64,000 nt of DNA from a virus: IMG/VR virus record IMGVR_UViG_650716067_000001, one strand, 5' to 3'. The position numbers and the translations under genes were made by a program. The notes under the pieces are model-generated. The model did not search any database. It was not told the DNA's origin and saw nothing but the letters and a program-made list of their open reading frames with translations. This document shows positions 26,641 through 36,974 of the stretch, in pieces; within the stretch, counting starts at the first letter, position 1; every line of letters starts with the position of its first letter.

Positions 26641-27912
26641 CTAAAAATAAAATCTTGTTTGCCTATGAGCAATAATTTGATCAGTATCGTGGATATTTTT
26701 AGCTGAACGACGCTTACTGCCATCTTGTCCAATAACTTCCAACTCGCCCAACTGAATTAACTCTCCCACAGCATCGCGATATACTTGAGCGGACGCAGGC
26801 GACATATTGCATGTGGTTGCAAACATTTCCCCAAACGGCATACCATCAGGATCTGGATAGATTATGTATGGAATCTGTTCCATCAGAGTTTTAATACTTT
26901 GATCTCTCGCATAATCATCAAAAAGAAAGCCTGGTTGCCCTGTATATGACCCATCATATGATGGAATATAGCCAAGAGCAGAAAACATTTCCATTCCTGG
27001 GCCGCCATAATGAATGAAATTAGTATTTTTCTCCCAATGTATACGAGTCATAACATCTCTAGCGCGAGCCTTCTGTGAAAAATGTATTAACCAATAATCA
27101 CCATGCCCTTTTTCTGATCTTATAAAGAATAAAGTGAAGTATTTAGCACCACAGCCATCTACCAAATCTTTGTATAAACAGGATTGAATATACAAACGCC
27201 AGTCGGGCTCTTTATCTTTTATATCTTCGATAGTACGCCCACGCAAAATTTCAGGAATGCCTATCTTATCAAGCAATTCGCGAGTCACGTCAGTTTTATC
27301 AGTTATATAATTAAGCATGGAGTCCACAGCGAAAGTTAGTATGATTTCACTCCCATGCAACTCCTGCATTATTTTCCTAATAGTAAGCTTAGGCACTTTA
27401 GAATAACCGTATTGATCTAATAAAAAAATTGCCCTAGCCGCACGAGGACTGCGTTTCTTCACATATTCTATAATTGAGTCGGCTTGTTGTTCGAACAAAG
27501 AAGTATGCAGAAAAATATCTTTATCGATTCTAGAACCATATCCACGTTTAATTAATTCATATTTCAGATGTTCTGAAGCTTGGCGATTTTCCTCGATAAA
27601 GAAAAAATCTAGGTTAAGCACGATCGGTTTATGCCTGTCTTTATTGACTATGAGCTCAGCTTCTTTTGCCGATTCCAGCATTATGAAAGGAGAACCAAGA
27701 AGCTCTTTGCTATCAAGTGCATGTTGATAAGCTCCGCCTCCAGCAAAACCATCAATTAGAGCAAGCCTGAACTCTTCTCTCCTGGGATTCGAAATGAGCG
27801 TTTTAATGTAAGCTATAAGATATGAGCGCAATATCTCATGCTTTACTACGCTATGTTGCTGAATTAGTGGATATGGTTGTCCCGGTTTCCATTCATAGTG
27901 AACTTCTGTCAT
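26641..27912 (-). CDS. Three-Cys-motif partner protein (TcmP-like; SAM-binding fold, C-terminal wHTH)
   Basis: HSVVKHEILRSY, LIDGFAGGG, GSP, FFIEE, FLLDQYGY; adjacent to DUF5131. Confidence 0.8.
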   Translation of the reverse strand: MTEVHYEWKPGQPYPLIQQHSVVKHEILRSYLIAYIKTLISNPRREEFRLALIDGFAGGGAYQHALDSKELLGSPFIMLESAKEAELIVNKDRHKPIVLNLDFFFIEENRQASEHLKYELIKRGYGSRIDKDIFLHTSLFEQQADSIIEYVKKRSPRAARAIFLLDQYGYSKVPKLTIRKIMQELHGSEIILTFAVDSMLNYITDKTDVTRELLDKIGIPEILRGRTIEDIKDKEPDWRLYIQSCLYKDLVDGCGAKYFTLFFIRSEKGHGDYWLIHFSQKARARDVMTRIHWEKNTNFIHYGGPGMEMFSALGYIPSYDGSYTGQPGFLFDDYARDQSIKTLMEQIPYIIYPDPDGMPFGEMFATTCNMSPASAQVYRDAVGELIQLGELEVIGQDGSKRRSAKNIHDTDQIIAHRQTRFYF

Positions 27913-27946
27913 TATCTATTTCATTTAAGATTTATTCAGTGTCTGA

Positions 27947-28687
27947 CTACATAAATGAAATTGGCATTTCATTCCACACTCTGCCATTCAAAATACGTCC
28001 ATTTTGTTTTTTTGCGCGCTTTTTGCCATCAGCTCCCCAGCCTCCCCATTGCTTAAAGAAAAAGGCAACTTTGGCTTCTTTGCATTGTTCTTGAATCGCA
28101 TCAACCCAATCCTGTTTCATTGGTCGTGCTTTTGGCCCAGATTCACCACCTACAATAACCCAATGAATATTGGTCAGATTAATTTTACCGATATCTTCCA
28201 GCAAAGGCTCGACTGAAAGAAAACGAATTCCAGCATTAATTTGACGTAATTGATCTATTCGAGGAATACCGTATTGTTTATCCTCAACAGAAACTCCTAG
28301 CCAAGCGTTGGATGGTGCTTGTTTTCCAGAAAAATATTCAGCCATGCGTTCAGCACGTTTGGTCAATATTTGAAAAGTATGGTGGCTAGCACTGTAAATA
28401 GTTTCAAATACCCGATCTATGTATTCAAATGGTACCTCTTCATGGAAAAGATCAGACATAGAATTAACAAAGTAAATTGTTGGTATTCTACGTTTTAGAG
28501 GATCATTCAAACGCTGCGGTACTAGAGATAACTTAAATCCATTTTCATATCCTGGCGTTCCCATAGCTTTCAGACGTTGTGCCATAGATTCTGCATAACA
28601 ATTTTTGCAGCCTGGAGATACTTTTGTACATCCCACAACTGGATTCCAGGTTTGCTCCGTCCATTCAATACTACTTGTTGTGGTCAT
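27947..28687 (-). CDS. DUF5131 family (Gp37/Gp68-like, radical-SAM-like three-Cys motif)
   Basis: SIEWTEQTWNPVVGCTKVSPGCKNCYA, FVNSMSDLFH, LTKR, WVIVGGESG, FFFKQWG. Confidence 0.92.
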   Translation of the reverse strand: MTTTSSIEWTEQTWNPVVGCTKVSPGCKNCYAESMAQRLKAMGTPGYENGFKLSLVPQRLNDPLKRRIPTIYFVNSMSDLFHEEVPFEYIDRVFETIYSASHHTFQILTKRAERMAEYFSGKQAPSNAWLGVSVEDKQYGIPRIDQLRQINAGIRFLSVEPLLEDIGKINLTNIHWVIVGGESGPKARPMKQDWVDAIQEQCKEAKVAFFFKQWGGWGADGKKRAKKQNGRILNGRVWNEMPISFM

Positions 28688-28738
28688 AATTTATTTCCTT
28701 TTACTATCTAAAGTATATTATAAGTAAGTCATTCTTGC

Positions 28739-29212
28739 TTACCTCAACACACTATACCCACGTCCGGCCATGCAGCGCGCGATCATTTGATTGTGGGTGA
28801 GCGCTTCGTTTCCTAGTCCTCCGATTGCTCCACCAGCTGCGCCTGCTGCCGCCATCATTCCGGCATCTACGCCAACGATTGCGCCAATTAATGCCGCCGT
28901 TCCGGCTCCTACCGCAGCGCCACCTAACGTGTTGCCAGCATAGTTTGTGTTATCTGCGGCGATGGCGCGGCATTGGATGAGATCGCCTTCGTAATTACAG
29001 CCTTTGCATGATGCAGGATCAACTACCGGGCGGTAACCACTAGAATTTTGTTTCGATTTCATGCTTTGGCGCACGAGTTCGGCTTTCTGCTCGTAAGTTA
29101 ATGATGGGTCAGCTAGAGCACGGTCAAGTTGCTGTCTTTCAATTTCCCGACGTTCGTGCGGCAATTGGCAGCCTGCGATTATTACAGCAATCAAAATAAT
29201 CAGTAGTTTCAC
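28739..29212 (-). CDS. Glycine-zipper lipoprotein
   Basis: Lipobox IIAGC; GGAAVGAGTAALIGAIVG...AGAAGGAIGG. Confidence 0.8.
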   Translation of the reverse strand: MKLLIILIAVIIAGCQLPHERREIERQQLDRALADPSLTYEQKAELVRQSMKSKQNSSGYRPVVDPASCKGCNYEGDLIQCRAIAADNTNYAGNTLGGAAVGAGTAALIGAIVGVDAGMMAAAGAAGGAIGGLGNEALTHNQMIARCMAGRGYSVLR

Positions 29213-29427
29213 AGAGTTTTTCCTTGTTTAATTTTCTTTGCCAAATCCAGATCTTTGATTTTTCCACATGCCACATCCCCATCGTCACCCTCTATGCATA
29301 GATAATGCACAACATGTAATGTTTCCTCCGGCCATATGGTTTGCCCAAATCTCATTCCCACAACTTGCAATATGCCAAGCAACACACCAAGCAAGCATAA
29401 AACAATAAGCGTTTTAAATGTTTTCAC
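29209..29427 (-). CDS. Small membrane protein
   Basis: N-terminal hydrophobic helix. Confidence 0.5.
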   Translation of the reverse strand: MKTFKTLIVLCLLGVLLGILQVVGMRFGQTIWPEETLHVVHYLCIEGDDGDVACGKIKDLDLAKKIKQGKTL

Positions 29428-29537
29428 AAGTTTAACCTTTTAATTAAAGTTTTCAGAATCCTTGCCGACAATGCTATTGCACATAGAAGCCGCTTTACTA
29501 GGTCCGGTGATTGACTCCGTCTTTCATCGGGCTTTTT

Positions 29538-29867
29538 TTATAGACGTATGTCCGTAAACTTCCCGCAGTGCTTGCATTTGCATTTGCTTTTCTTCTTGAA
29601 CTCTCGGAGTAATGTAATATACCGCTTCTTCTCGCGCATGAAGCGCGTTTCCTCATTACATAGATGCTCCAGCACCCACATTGGATTTAGCAGCGTTTTA
29701 CAATCTTTGCATTCAACCTGCGCACTTTTGGAATCTATGAGAAATTTTCTGTGCTCGCAGAAATTAGGATCACTAAATAATTTCCTGCCATCAATTAGCT
29801 CGACTTCTGCCTTGTATTTTTGATACCTGACAACTGAGAGATCGGTTATTTTTTTATCGTCCGTCAT
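29538..29867 (-). CDS. Zn-finger phage protein
   Basis: CEH...CKDC...NPMWVL...CKHC. Confidence 0.7.
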   Translation of the reverse strand: MTDDKKITDLSVVRYQKYKAEVELIDGRKLFSDPNFCEHRKFLIDSKSAQVECKDCKTLLNPMWVLEHLCNEETRFMREKKRYITLLREFKKKSKCKCKHCGKFTDIRL

Positions 29868-30277
29868 TCTATAAACTCAATGGATTGGCAAGTTTTCTGG
29901 ATATGCCGACAGAACGCCTTGGGGCTTGTCCAGTATGGAGTCCACCAAAAAAAATGGTCCTCCAAATGACTTTTACACATAGCTCTATAGTCTTTGCCAA
30001 GCCGCTTGTTATTTGACGCTGCTATCAAATTTTTCCGAGCTGCTCCTCTGGCAGAGAACCTCTTCTTACATTGATAAAACTTGATGCAGCGCTCATCTTT
30101 CCCATCCAACCATTTCCCTTCGAATCGGCCATCGATATAAATCATTACGTGCAGCTTCATCTTACAGGTCTCGACCGCCGCTGTAATGTCATAGCCATCA
30201 CACTTGAGTTTTACCATGCCAAATGAATGGTGGAGCGTTCTTTCAATTTCTTCCCAACGTTGTTTTGATAGAGTCAT
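29864..30277 (-). CDS. Hypothetical phage protein
   Basis: VKLKCDGYDI...IYIDG...W. Confidence 0.65.
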   Translation of the reverse strand: MTLSKQRWEEIERTLHHSFGMVKLKCDGYDITAAVETCKMKLHVMIYIDGRFEGKWLDGKDERCIKFYQCKKRFSARGAARKNLIAASNNKRLGKDYRAMCKSHLEDHFFWWTPYWTSPKAFCRHIQKTCQSIEFIE

Positions 30278-30288
30278 TTGCTCACCAT

Positions 30289-30675
30289 TTAAAACAAATC
30301 CATTTGATTATCATTCTGATCGCAACCCGACAGAATCCGCCTGATGTGGCGTTCAGTGGTTTGGTATTTCAGTGCGAGTTGTCTTTGGCTTAAGAATGAA
30401 TATTCTTGCCTAATCGAGATATTTCTAAGCGCCGTGTTGGCCAAGGTGGCTTTTGGGATTTCAAGCACTTCGCCGCCAAAACGATCAGTCATGTATTCCG
30501 CTGATTCGCGTCCTATGATTTCAACCAGGTCATGATCTGGTCTAAGTGTTTTAGGCACGTACAACCGCACTCCGCCGTATTTGGCTACCAGCTTGAGCGT
30601 GGCTTTTATTCCGATCAGCTCGCTGATTTCAAGCAGGATGCCGGGGAGTAGGGATTGGTCTATTTCATGCGTCAT
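30289..30675 (-). CDS. Mor/C-family transcription activator, Mu-like
   Basis: LPGILLEISELIG...YGGVRLYVP...FGGEVLEIP...RNISI...LALKYQTTERHIRRIL. Confidence 0.88.
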   Translation of the reverse strand: MTHEIDQSLLPGILLEISELIGIKATLKLVAKYGGVRLYVPKTLRPDHDLVEIIGRESAEYMTDRFGGEVLEIPKATLANTALRNISIRQEYSFLSQRQLALKYQTTERHIRRILSGCDQNDNQMDLF

Positions 30676-31162
30676 GTTCTTTGCTCAAGCATTCTGTTCA
30701 GTTTGCGATTTTGTGAAAGTTGCATGGTTTGTTGATTTTTCAGCCCTCATTTGTGGTCGATAAAATCAACATCGCTATTTAATTCGGTGAGAATTTTTCT
30801 TTTGAAGGATTGCATTTCAGCATATTCCTCAGCATCAACGCCTGATTCAATCAGGCATTTTTTTCCTTCAAAACATATCGATAATATTTGCGTTTAACAG
30901 ATTTATTGCGCGTGTAGCGCATATGCCAGCAGAGATTATTCAGCCTAGAAAACATATTTGCAGGATAAAAACAGAATTTAGCGACAGGAAAAACAAAATA
31001 TAAACCTGTTTAGCAATAAGGGAAAAACAGTAGGATTAAACTCCATGCTACTATTGTGGATCTTAATCTGCCCTGTTATTTAAATGGGGAAAATAAATGA
31101 AAATCCATTCAAGATTATGAGACTTTTATTGTTGGATATACAACTTGTGAATCAAATTTGTA

Positions 31163-31816
31163 ATGTACATTCCTAATTACATCGGAAAGAGTCCCGACGA
31201 AATTATTGGCATTGATTTGTTTGACTCAGCTAGCTATCTCTACCGCAGCATGGCATGGCTTGACTACCACAAAAGAACAAAGAAATTTTCTTCATTGCTA
31301 TACGCTTGCGCTGAAGGCCGTAACGGTATCGAGTATTTACTTTTCGAGGAATTAGTCATTAGTACTGGTGCCAACCTATCGGTTGAAAAATACAAGAAGT
31401 GCGTAAATGAAAAGAATCTCTTTAAGAGGACAATTGCTCAATTAAGCCCGGATTATGAGCTCCTTCAAATTTTTTCCCAGATTATTTTATCGCTTGAACC
31501 TTCAGCACCGAAACTTATTTATTGGGATCATTCGTCGTTGATGAAAGCATGGGGTGTTCTATCAAGATATCTGCATTGGTCTGGTGCGCGGAACCTCACT
31601 TCAGAAAATGCCGTTTGGTTAGATTCTGCTCGGCTAGCTGTCCATGATGTACTGGAACCGATTTGGCTAAAAATCACCTCTGGACAAAGCGGTCTGATGC
31701 ATCCTAATAACATGGTGCCGATAGTTCACGAAATATGGGAGCGTTTCCGGTCGGGTGAAATTGACGCCTCTGCGGCAAAATTTCAGCTTAAATTCCTGGA
31801 ACCAGTTGTTCCATAA
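31163..31816 (+). CDS. Hypothetical cargo protein, possibly HEPN-like
   Basis: LLYACAEGRNGIEYLLFE and WGVLSRYLHW. Confidence 0.55.
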   Translation: MYIPNYIGKSPDEIIGIDLFDSASYLYRSMAWLDYHKRTKKFSSLLYACAEGRNGIEYLLFEELVISTGANLSVEKYKKCVNEKNLFKRTIAQLSPDYELLQIFSQIILSLEPSAPKLIYWDHSSLMKAWGVLSRYLHWSGARNLTSENAVWLDSARLAVHDVLEPIWLKITSGQSGLMHPNNMVPIVHEIWERFRSGEIDASAAKFQLKFLEPVVP

Positions 31817-31832
31817 AAGAGGTCAGCAGACT

Positions 31833-32210
31833 ATGGTAAGGTTATTTGCGTTAGCACTCGTAGTAATATCAAACATTGCATATGCTGCTGAGACATATAT
31901 ATGTATCGCTGAAGCGGGAGCCGGTGTAGAGCATGGCGATAAAGGAATCCACGCAGCGATATACGACGTTAGTAATAAAAAATATATTCAAAGCAATGAA
32001 CAAGGCGAGTGGGTAGTAAAAGAGTTAGGCAACGAAATTCCAATATTTGACAAGTGTATTAGTTCGTCATTTTGCGAACGTAAGGAAATGTATGGCGGTA
32101 CATTTATAAGGGGGCCAGACGGCGTTTTTACTATAGTGTGGCTTACCGGAAACAAAGAGGCGTTAACAATGCTTGTAGCAAAGGGTCGATGCTCAAAAGT
32201 CAGTCATTAA
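31833..32210 (+). CDS. Hypothetical secreted protein
   Basis: Signal peptide MVRLFALALVVISNIAYA; four Cys. Confidence 0.6.
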   Translation: MVRLFALALVVISNIAYAAETYICIAEAGAGVEHGDKGIHAAIYDVSNKKYIQSNEQGEWVVKELGNEIPIFDKCISSSFCERKEMYGGTFIRGPDGVFTIVWLTGNKEALTMLVAKGRCSKVSH

Positions 32211-32339
32211 AGGCAAGAACTATTAAACTCTGTTTGGCAATAAGAGGAAGTCAGGATAAAGATAATCCGCGTCAGGGATCGGGCAGCATGCCCCATTTTT
32301 GGGTAATACCATGATGTGTTAGTTGATGCCGTATGCTTA

Positions 32340-34361
32340 TCAATTACTTAACCCACCAGTAACAATATGAGCAATACGCCGGTCTTTGACATCCTGACCC
32401 ACTTCCGGTTGCGCTGAAGCGATAACGTTCTGGTTCCTGCTGCCAGTGCTTGCCAATGGCTCTACAATTGATGGCTCATCCGCTGGCAATTGAGGTGAAG
32501 GCATTCTGGGTGATTCTGGTACTTGCGCGTGAGCGGTTTGGACATTACCCACGGTTGCGGCATAACGCTTATCCAGTGCAACCCGGTTAGTATCAATATA
32601 CTCTGCTGCCGTTCGGCTATTTGCTCCGTAGTTAAGATTCATCGATCTCTGGGTATTGGCTGATAAATCAGCCTTCGATTTTCCACCCACAGATCCGCGT
32701 ATGATCTCTTGTGCGGCACTTGGTCCAAGCTGGTGCATCATGTAAATATTTTCTGCTGTGACCGGCAATCCTGCTTTTTTAAGCATAGCCATGTTCTGGC
32801 TTGTTAATTTCATGCCGCCTTCAATGTTCTGATCGACATCAAACCGATTCTTTATGCCCACGCCTGATGCTGTTTGGCCGGTGAATTGAAATAACCCAAG
32901 AGCGCCTGTTTTGCTTATAGCATTAGGATTGCCGCCGCTTTCCATGGCTGCTATTTTCTGCATCATTACCGGGTCAAGACCATGTTTCTTGGCCTGGGCT
33001 GATATCTTATCCTGTATTTCTTGGGACATACCGCCTGGAATATTGGCTGATGTGTTGGCCGCGCTTGTCTTTAACGCGCGTATACGTTGCGCTTCAGCAT
33101 CGGTATAGGTTCCATATTTCGCCAGATCATCGCCGCCTTTGATACCGTCAAACATCGCTTTGTGACGATATCCTTTAAGCGTTACATTCTCTAATACTGA
33201 TCCGGTTTTAGCTTTTGCGACATCATAAGCACGTTTTACAGAGTCCGTTACGCCAGATACTTTCTCGGAGATTTTTTCAGCTACCGGCTTTATTGCTTTT
33301 GGGATATCAATGCCAAGCTTATCTTTTACAAATCCCGTGAAAGCGTTCCAGAATGAGTCTATTTTGCTTCCGATGCTGCTGAGTACATTGTTGAATTTCT
33401 CTGTTGTGGAATCCCATGCGCTAAGAATCTTGGTTGCTACTGTTTTAAAATCAGTTACAGTAGACTCCCATGCTTTGCCAATTGCCCCGCCGGTTATGGA
33501 AGCCCCGGAAGCAATGAATGGCAATGCCATAGCAAGTATCGGGAGAATGTATCTCCTTAGCCAGCTGCTATCGCCGCCTGATGCATCGCCACCGGCTGGA
33601 TTTTCTTCAATATTCTTGAGGCTTTTATTGGCAGCTTTATTGAAAACCGTTTCATCCCTGCGGAATAGCTTTATTTCACCGAATATTTTCCTAAACCATC
33701 TGAAAGTATCTTTTTGTTCCCGCCCGGTACCGGCTGTCAGGATCTCATAACCGCGCGCCATGGGCTGCGCTACTTCGCTGAATGCTTTGATTGCCGGATC
33801 AGTCTCTTCCATCCCGCTGCTGGCAGAACTCACAGCATTGGCAATCTTTTCCGCTGCCATGCTCACCGTGCTATCTTCGTAGGGTGGCGGGCTATCAACA
33901 TACCTATCGTTGCTGCCAGCACTTTCATTGCCGAATAACGGGCTGCTGCTGCCATTCTTTGTAAATCGCCCGGTTTTCGTGTCTCTTTCAGCGCTTGCGC
34001 TCGGTTTTGCCCGTGATCTGATATTGCCCGGTGTTACTGCGGGCTTCAATGGTTCTAGTAAAGCCTTGCGGGTGACGGTGGCCGGTGCTGCTGAGACAGG
34101 CGAATTATTATTGGATTGGCGTGCGACATCATCCCTTCGCTGCGGTACGGCTACGGGTTGCTGCGGTATGCGTTCGTTGTCACTCTTGCGATTGGTTGAT
34201 ACTTGCCTGTCAGATGGTAATCCGGACACAACCTTTCCACTGAGCGCCAGTCTAACGGCTCTCATGTCATTCCTGATATCGCTCCATAGATCGAACGTTC
34301 TATTTAGGTCGAGCGGTTCGCCTATCAGGAATCCTTGATTGTCGCTTTTAATATTTGCCAT
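32340..34361 (-). CDS. Tape-measure-like protein with lytic transglycosylase domain, P1 Sit-like
   Basis: KIAAMESGGNPNAISKTGALGLFQF; helical central region. Confidence 0.8.
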   Translation of the reverse strand: MANIKSDNQGFLIGEPLDLNRTFDLWSDIRNDMRAVRLALSGKVVSGLPSDRQVSTNRKSDNERIPQQPVAVPQRRDDVARQSNNNSPVSAAPATVTRKALLEPLKPAVTPGNIRSRAKPSASAERDTKTGRFTKNGSSSPLFGNESAGSNDRYVDSPPPYEDSTVSMAAEKIANAVSSASSGMEETDPAIKAFSEVAQPMARGYEILTAGTGREQKDTFRWFRKIFGEIKLFRRDETVFNKAANKSLKNIEENPAGGDASGGDSSWLRRYILPILAMALPFIASGASITGGAIGKAWESTVTDFKTVATKILSAWDSTTEKFNNVLSSIGSKIDSFWNAFTGFVKDKLGIDIPKAIKPVAEKISEKVSGVTDSVKRAYDVAKAKTGSVLENVTLKGYRHKAMFDGIKGGDDLAKYGTYTDAEAQRIRALKTSAANTSANIPGGMSQEIQDKISAQAKKHGLDPVMMQKIAAMESGGNPNAISKTGALGLFQFTGQTASGVGIKNRFDVDQNIEGGMKLTSQNMAMLKKAGLPVTAENIYMMHQLGPSAAQEIIRGSVGGKSKADLSANTQRSMNLNYGANSRTAAEYIDTNRVALDKRYAATVGNVQTAHAQVPESPRMPSPQLPADEPSIVEPLASTGSRNQNVIASAQPEVGQDVKDRRIAHIVTGGLSN

Positions 34362-34369
34362 GTGGTTAT

Positions 34370-35281
34370 CTACAATTTAATAAAAGTGTCTAGTTGGGAA
34401 AAAACCATTTGGATTTCCTGCATCGCATCATCGCGCCGGGATAGGCTTATTTCCAGATTCGATGGCCTGAACCATCCAATGCTCTCGTAAGCTTCCGCTG
34501 GTGTGCTTTGTCTAGTGATAAAGGAATGCACGATCTTGAACTGTATGGCGTACTGGCTAGGAGTGCCGGTGGTGCCATCCTGGGATATGGTTGCCGCATG
34601 ATGTTGCTCATACCAGCGTTTTATCGTGCCGTACTGATCATCCATTGTGGTTACGCGCAACTCAACAGGTTCGCTGCTTTGAGGGAAATCAAGAACAGCA
34701 CCGCCTACCTTGCGTTTATCTGCGGATATGGTCAGTGGTGTGTAATCAAGCTCCGTGGCGAACAGATTGAACCACTGCGATATCCAATCACCCATAAGCG
34801 CGCTTGATACCTCAATCAGAAACAGATTCTTTTTCGATAGCCGGGCATTTCGCATCGTTTGGTAGATTTGCCGGGCTTCAGTAGGCGTGATGCCGCCAAA
34901 TAGTGGCGTTGGTCTGCCCCAATATTTGATTTGTGAAGCGATGCCGCTCATTCCCGGTAGAAAATCATTCAGCAATCCGGAATCGAGTACGCGCAGACCG
35001 GCAGCATTAACATCGCCGCGCATTAAATCGCCCACGACACCGCCGCCCACGTTCAATGCTCTATGGGCTTCGATAGGGATATGCTGGTTAATCGCATTCC
35101 TGACCACATTGGTTGCCATGGCTCCGCCAATGTTCGTTACGGCCTGAGCTAACTCACCGCCACCCATCATGCTTGCTGCTTTGCTGCTTATTGCGCCTGT
35201 GATTGACGTGGTGCCAGAAATGGTCGCTCCAATCGTTCCTTGCCTGGATAGCGATTCTGATACGTTATTGTATAAGGACAT
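34370..35281 (-). CDS. Virion structural protein, tube-like or baseplate
   Basis: Between portal and tape measure; C-terminal beta-rich domain. Confidence 0.5.
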   Translation of the reverse strand: MSLYNNVSESLSRQGTIGATISGTTSITGAISSKAASMMGGGELAQAVTNIGGAMATNVVRNAINQHIPIEAHRALNVGGGVVGDLMRGDVNAAGLRVLDSGLLNDFLPGMSGIASQIKYWGRPTPLFGGITPTEARQIYQTMRNARLSKKNLFLIEVSSALMGDWISQWFNLFATELDYTPLTISADKRKVGGAVLDFPQSSEPVELRVTTMDDQYGTIKRWYEQHHAATISQDGTTGTPSQYAIQFKIVHSFITRQSTPAEAYESIGWFRPSNLEISLSRRDDAMQEIQMVFSQLDTFIKL

Positions 35282-35284
35282 GGG

Positions 35285-36940
35285 TTATCTGCCTTTTCTG
35301 CGGCGTTGTTTGCGGTTTTGGATGATTGGAGGCTCGACTTCTATTGCGCTATCCATTTTTCCTTGACCGAATCCCTGACCAAACCCTGGACCGCCGCCTG
35401 GTCCGTCATCCGGGTTTTCGTCCTTCATTTTTACAATTGGCGCGTACATTTTTGCCTGATCTTCGTCGAGCATCATGGTCTTGGATAAGAATTCTTTCAT
35501 CATTTCTTCCGTTGCGCCCAAGTCCTTCATCTGCTGCATGGCTTGCACCAGCATCATGCCGGAATTCATCGAATCGGCTTTAGTTCGCTGCTTCTCTGCT
35601 TCCAACGCTGATATTGAGCCATAGAAATTAACGGTAAATGGCCGCTTATCAGGATCAAACACCGTTCCATACTTATGCATCGTATGGATATCAATAACAT
35701 GATAAATAAACTCTGCCAGTGAATTACGAATAATCCTTGAGTTTTCTGCTGCTTGTGCCGACATCCTAAAGAAACCGCCTTCACCAAGCCCGCCAGCTAA
35801 CTGGTCGGCAAAGCCAAGCATAGCCAGATCGACGCCAATAGCGCCCGCATACATGCGCGCGTGAAGCATGATATCTTCAATACTGATGTTGTTGGTTCGA
35901 CCGGTTTGCCCGCCATTGGAATTACTCACAGTGGTGAGTTGTTTCTCATTGAATGTGGGGATAATGTGTCTGATCCGCTCCAACACCGGCTGACCATTCT
36001 TAACAGCATCTTCAGCGCGTTGTTTTGAAGAGGTCAGCATGGCTTTTATGGAAGCCAGGAATCTGTTTTGTTGCTCAATCGTCATAGACGTTAGATTTAC
36101 TTGCAGCATTTGCTCATCAATCGAATCAAGCCAGCGTTGGCCAACAATGCCGACAAGCGATGAATACAGATTATCGTAAGGTCCTTCCGCGTTATAAAAC
36201 AGCGACCCACCGGCCATGCTAGGCATGATTGGCAGGTTATCAATATTATCTTCGGTGATGGCTATCTTAGCGGCCTTCTCTACAACACCGAACTGCGCCA
36301 CCCATTGCGTGCGCGGCATTTTGAGTCTGGCCATTTGGGTGATGTCAAGCCGGTCAAAGTTACGGGGTCCCGTGTATACGGCGTAACCTACTGTTCTATT
36401 CCCCCTCTCGAACGGCTGCACCAATTGCGGCCTGATCATTTCTCCGGTGTAAAGATCCACAACGCCGCGCGATCCTTGTGTGTAAATACGCGCGTAAGAG
36501 TCCCCAAAAGCAGTCCCGGTGTAGGCTATTGAACGCGCTTCGCGGTTGATAATCGGTGACAAAGAAGCTGATATTTCATCAACAACCGCTTCCAATCTTT
36601 TATTCTTTTTAGCTTCCACCGTTTTCTCGATGAAAACCAGATCCCCGCTTGTCTCATGCCCACCAAGCGCACAGGTAACCAATAATCCTATTGCAGTCGA
36701 TCCAATAGGGTCCGATTCCATCATTGACCACTTGTTGTAAATCTGCTGCCGCGATCTTGCTACGTGCCTTGTGCTGCCAAGCAATGATGCGACCGTGGTC
36801 TGGCCAGAGCCATACAGATATGCGTCAGATTCCTTGATTTCGCTTACTGGAACCACATTAGACGCGGAAAATTTGCGTGCTGTCATGCCGATGCTGGCAA
36901 GGAAGCTATTGGCTTTTACTTTCTCTTTAGGTTGCGGCAT
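35285..36940 (-). CDS. Portal protein, P1 Prt-like
   Basis: About 550 aa; WSMMESDP, LGFADQLAGGLGEGGFFRMS; divergent from prohead protease. Confidence 0.75.
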   Translation of the reverse strand: MPQPKEKVKANSFLASIGMTARKFSASNVVPVSEIKESDAYLYGSGQTTVASLLGSTRHVARSRQQIYNKWSMMESDPIGSTAIGLLVTCALGGHETSGDLVFIEKTVEAKKNKRLEAVVDEISASLSPIINREARSIAYTGTAFGDSYARIYTQGSRGVVDLYTGEMIRPQLVQPFERGNRTVGYAVYTGPRNFDRLDITQMARLKMPRTQWVAQFGVVEKAAKIAITEDNIDNLPIMPSMAGGSLFYNAEGPYDNLYSSLVGIVGQRWLDSIDEQMLQVNLTSMTIEQQNRFLASIKAMLTSSKQRAEDAVKNGQPVLERIRHIIPTFNEKQLTTVSNSNGGQTGRTNNISIEDIMLHARMYAGAIGVDLAMLGFADQLAGGLGEGGFFRMSAQAAENSRIIRNSLAEFIYHVIDIHTMHKYGTVFDPDKRPFTVNFYGSISALEAEKQRTKADSMNSGMMLVQAMQQMKDLGATEEMMKEFLSKTMMLDEDQAKMYAPIVKMKDENPDDGPGGGPGFGQGFGQGKMDSAIEVEPPIIQNRKQRRRKGR

Positions 36941-36974
36941 AAGGTGATTGCACCATGAACATGATAATTCCATG

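Larger units (their letters stand above)
26390..30900 (-). mobile_element. Remnant of a Mu-like transposable prophage, inverted relative to host phage terminase operon
   Basis: Order Mor, small genes, lipoprotein, cargo, amidase fragment; interrupts dUTPase; right boundary approximate. Confidence 0.55.

Noticed and set aside
30890-30900. TGT..ACA transposable-phage end
   Set aside because: Only a trinucleotide match, with no repeated transposase sites or target duplication found
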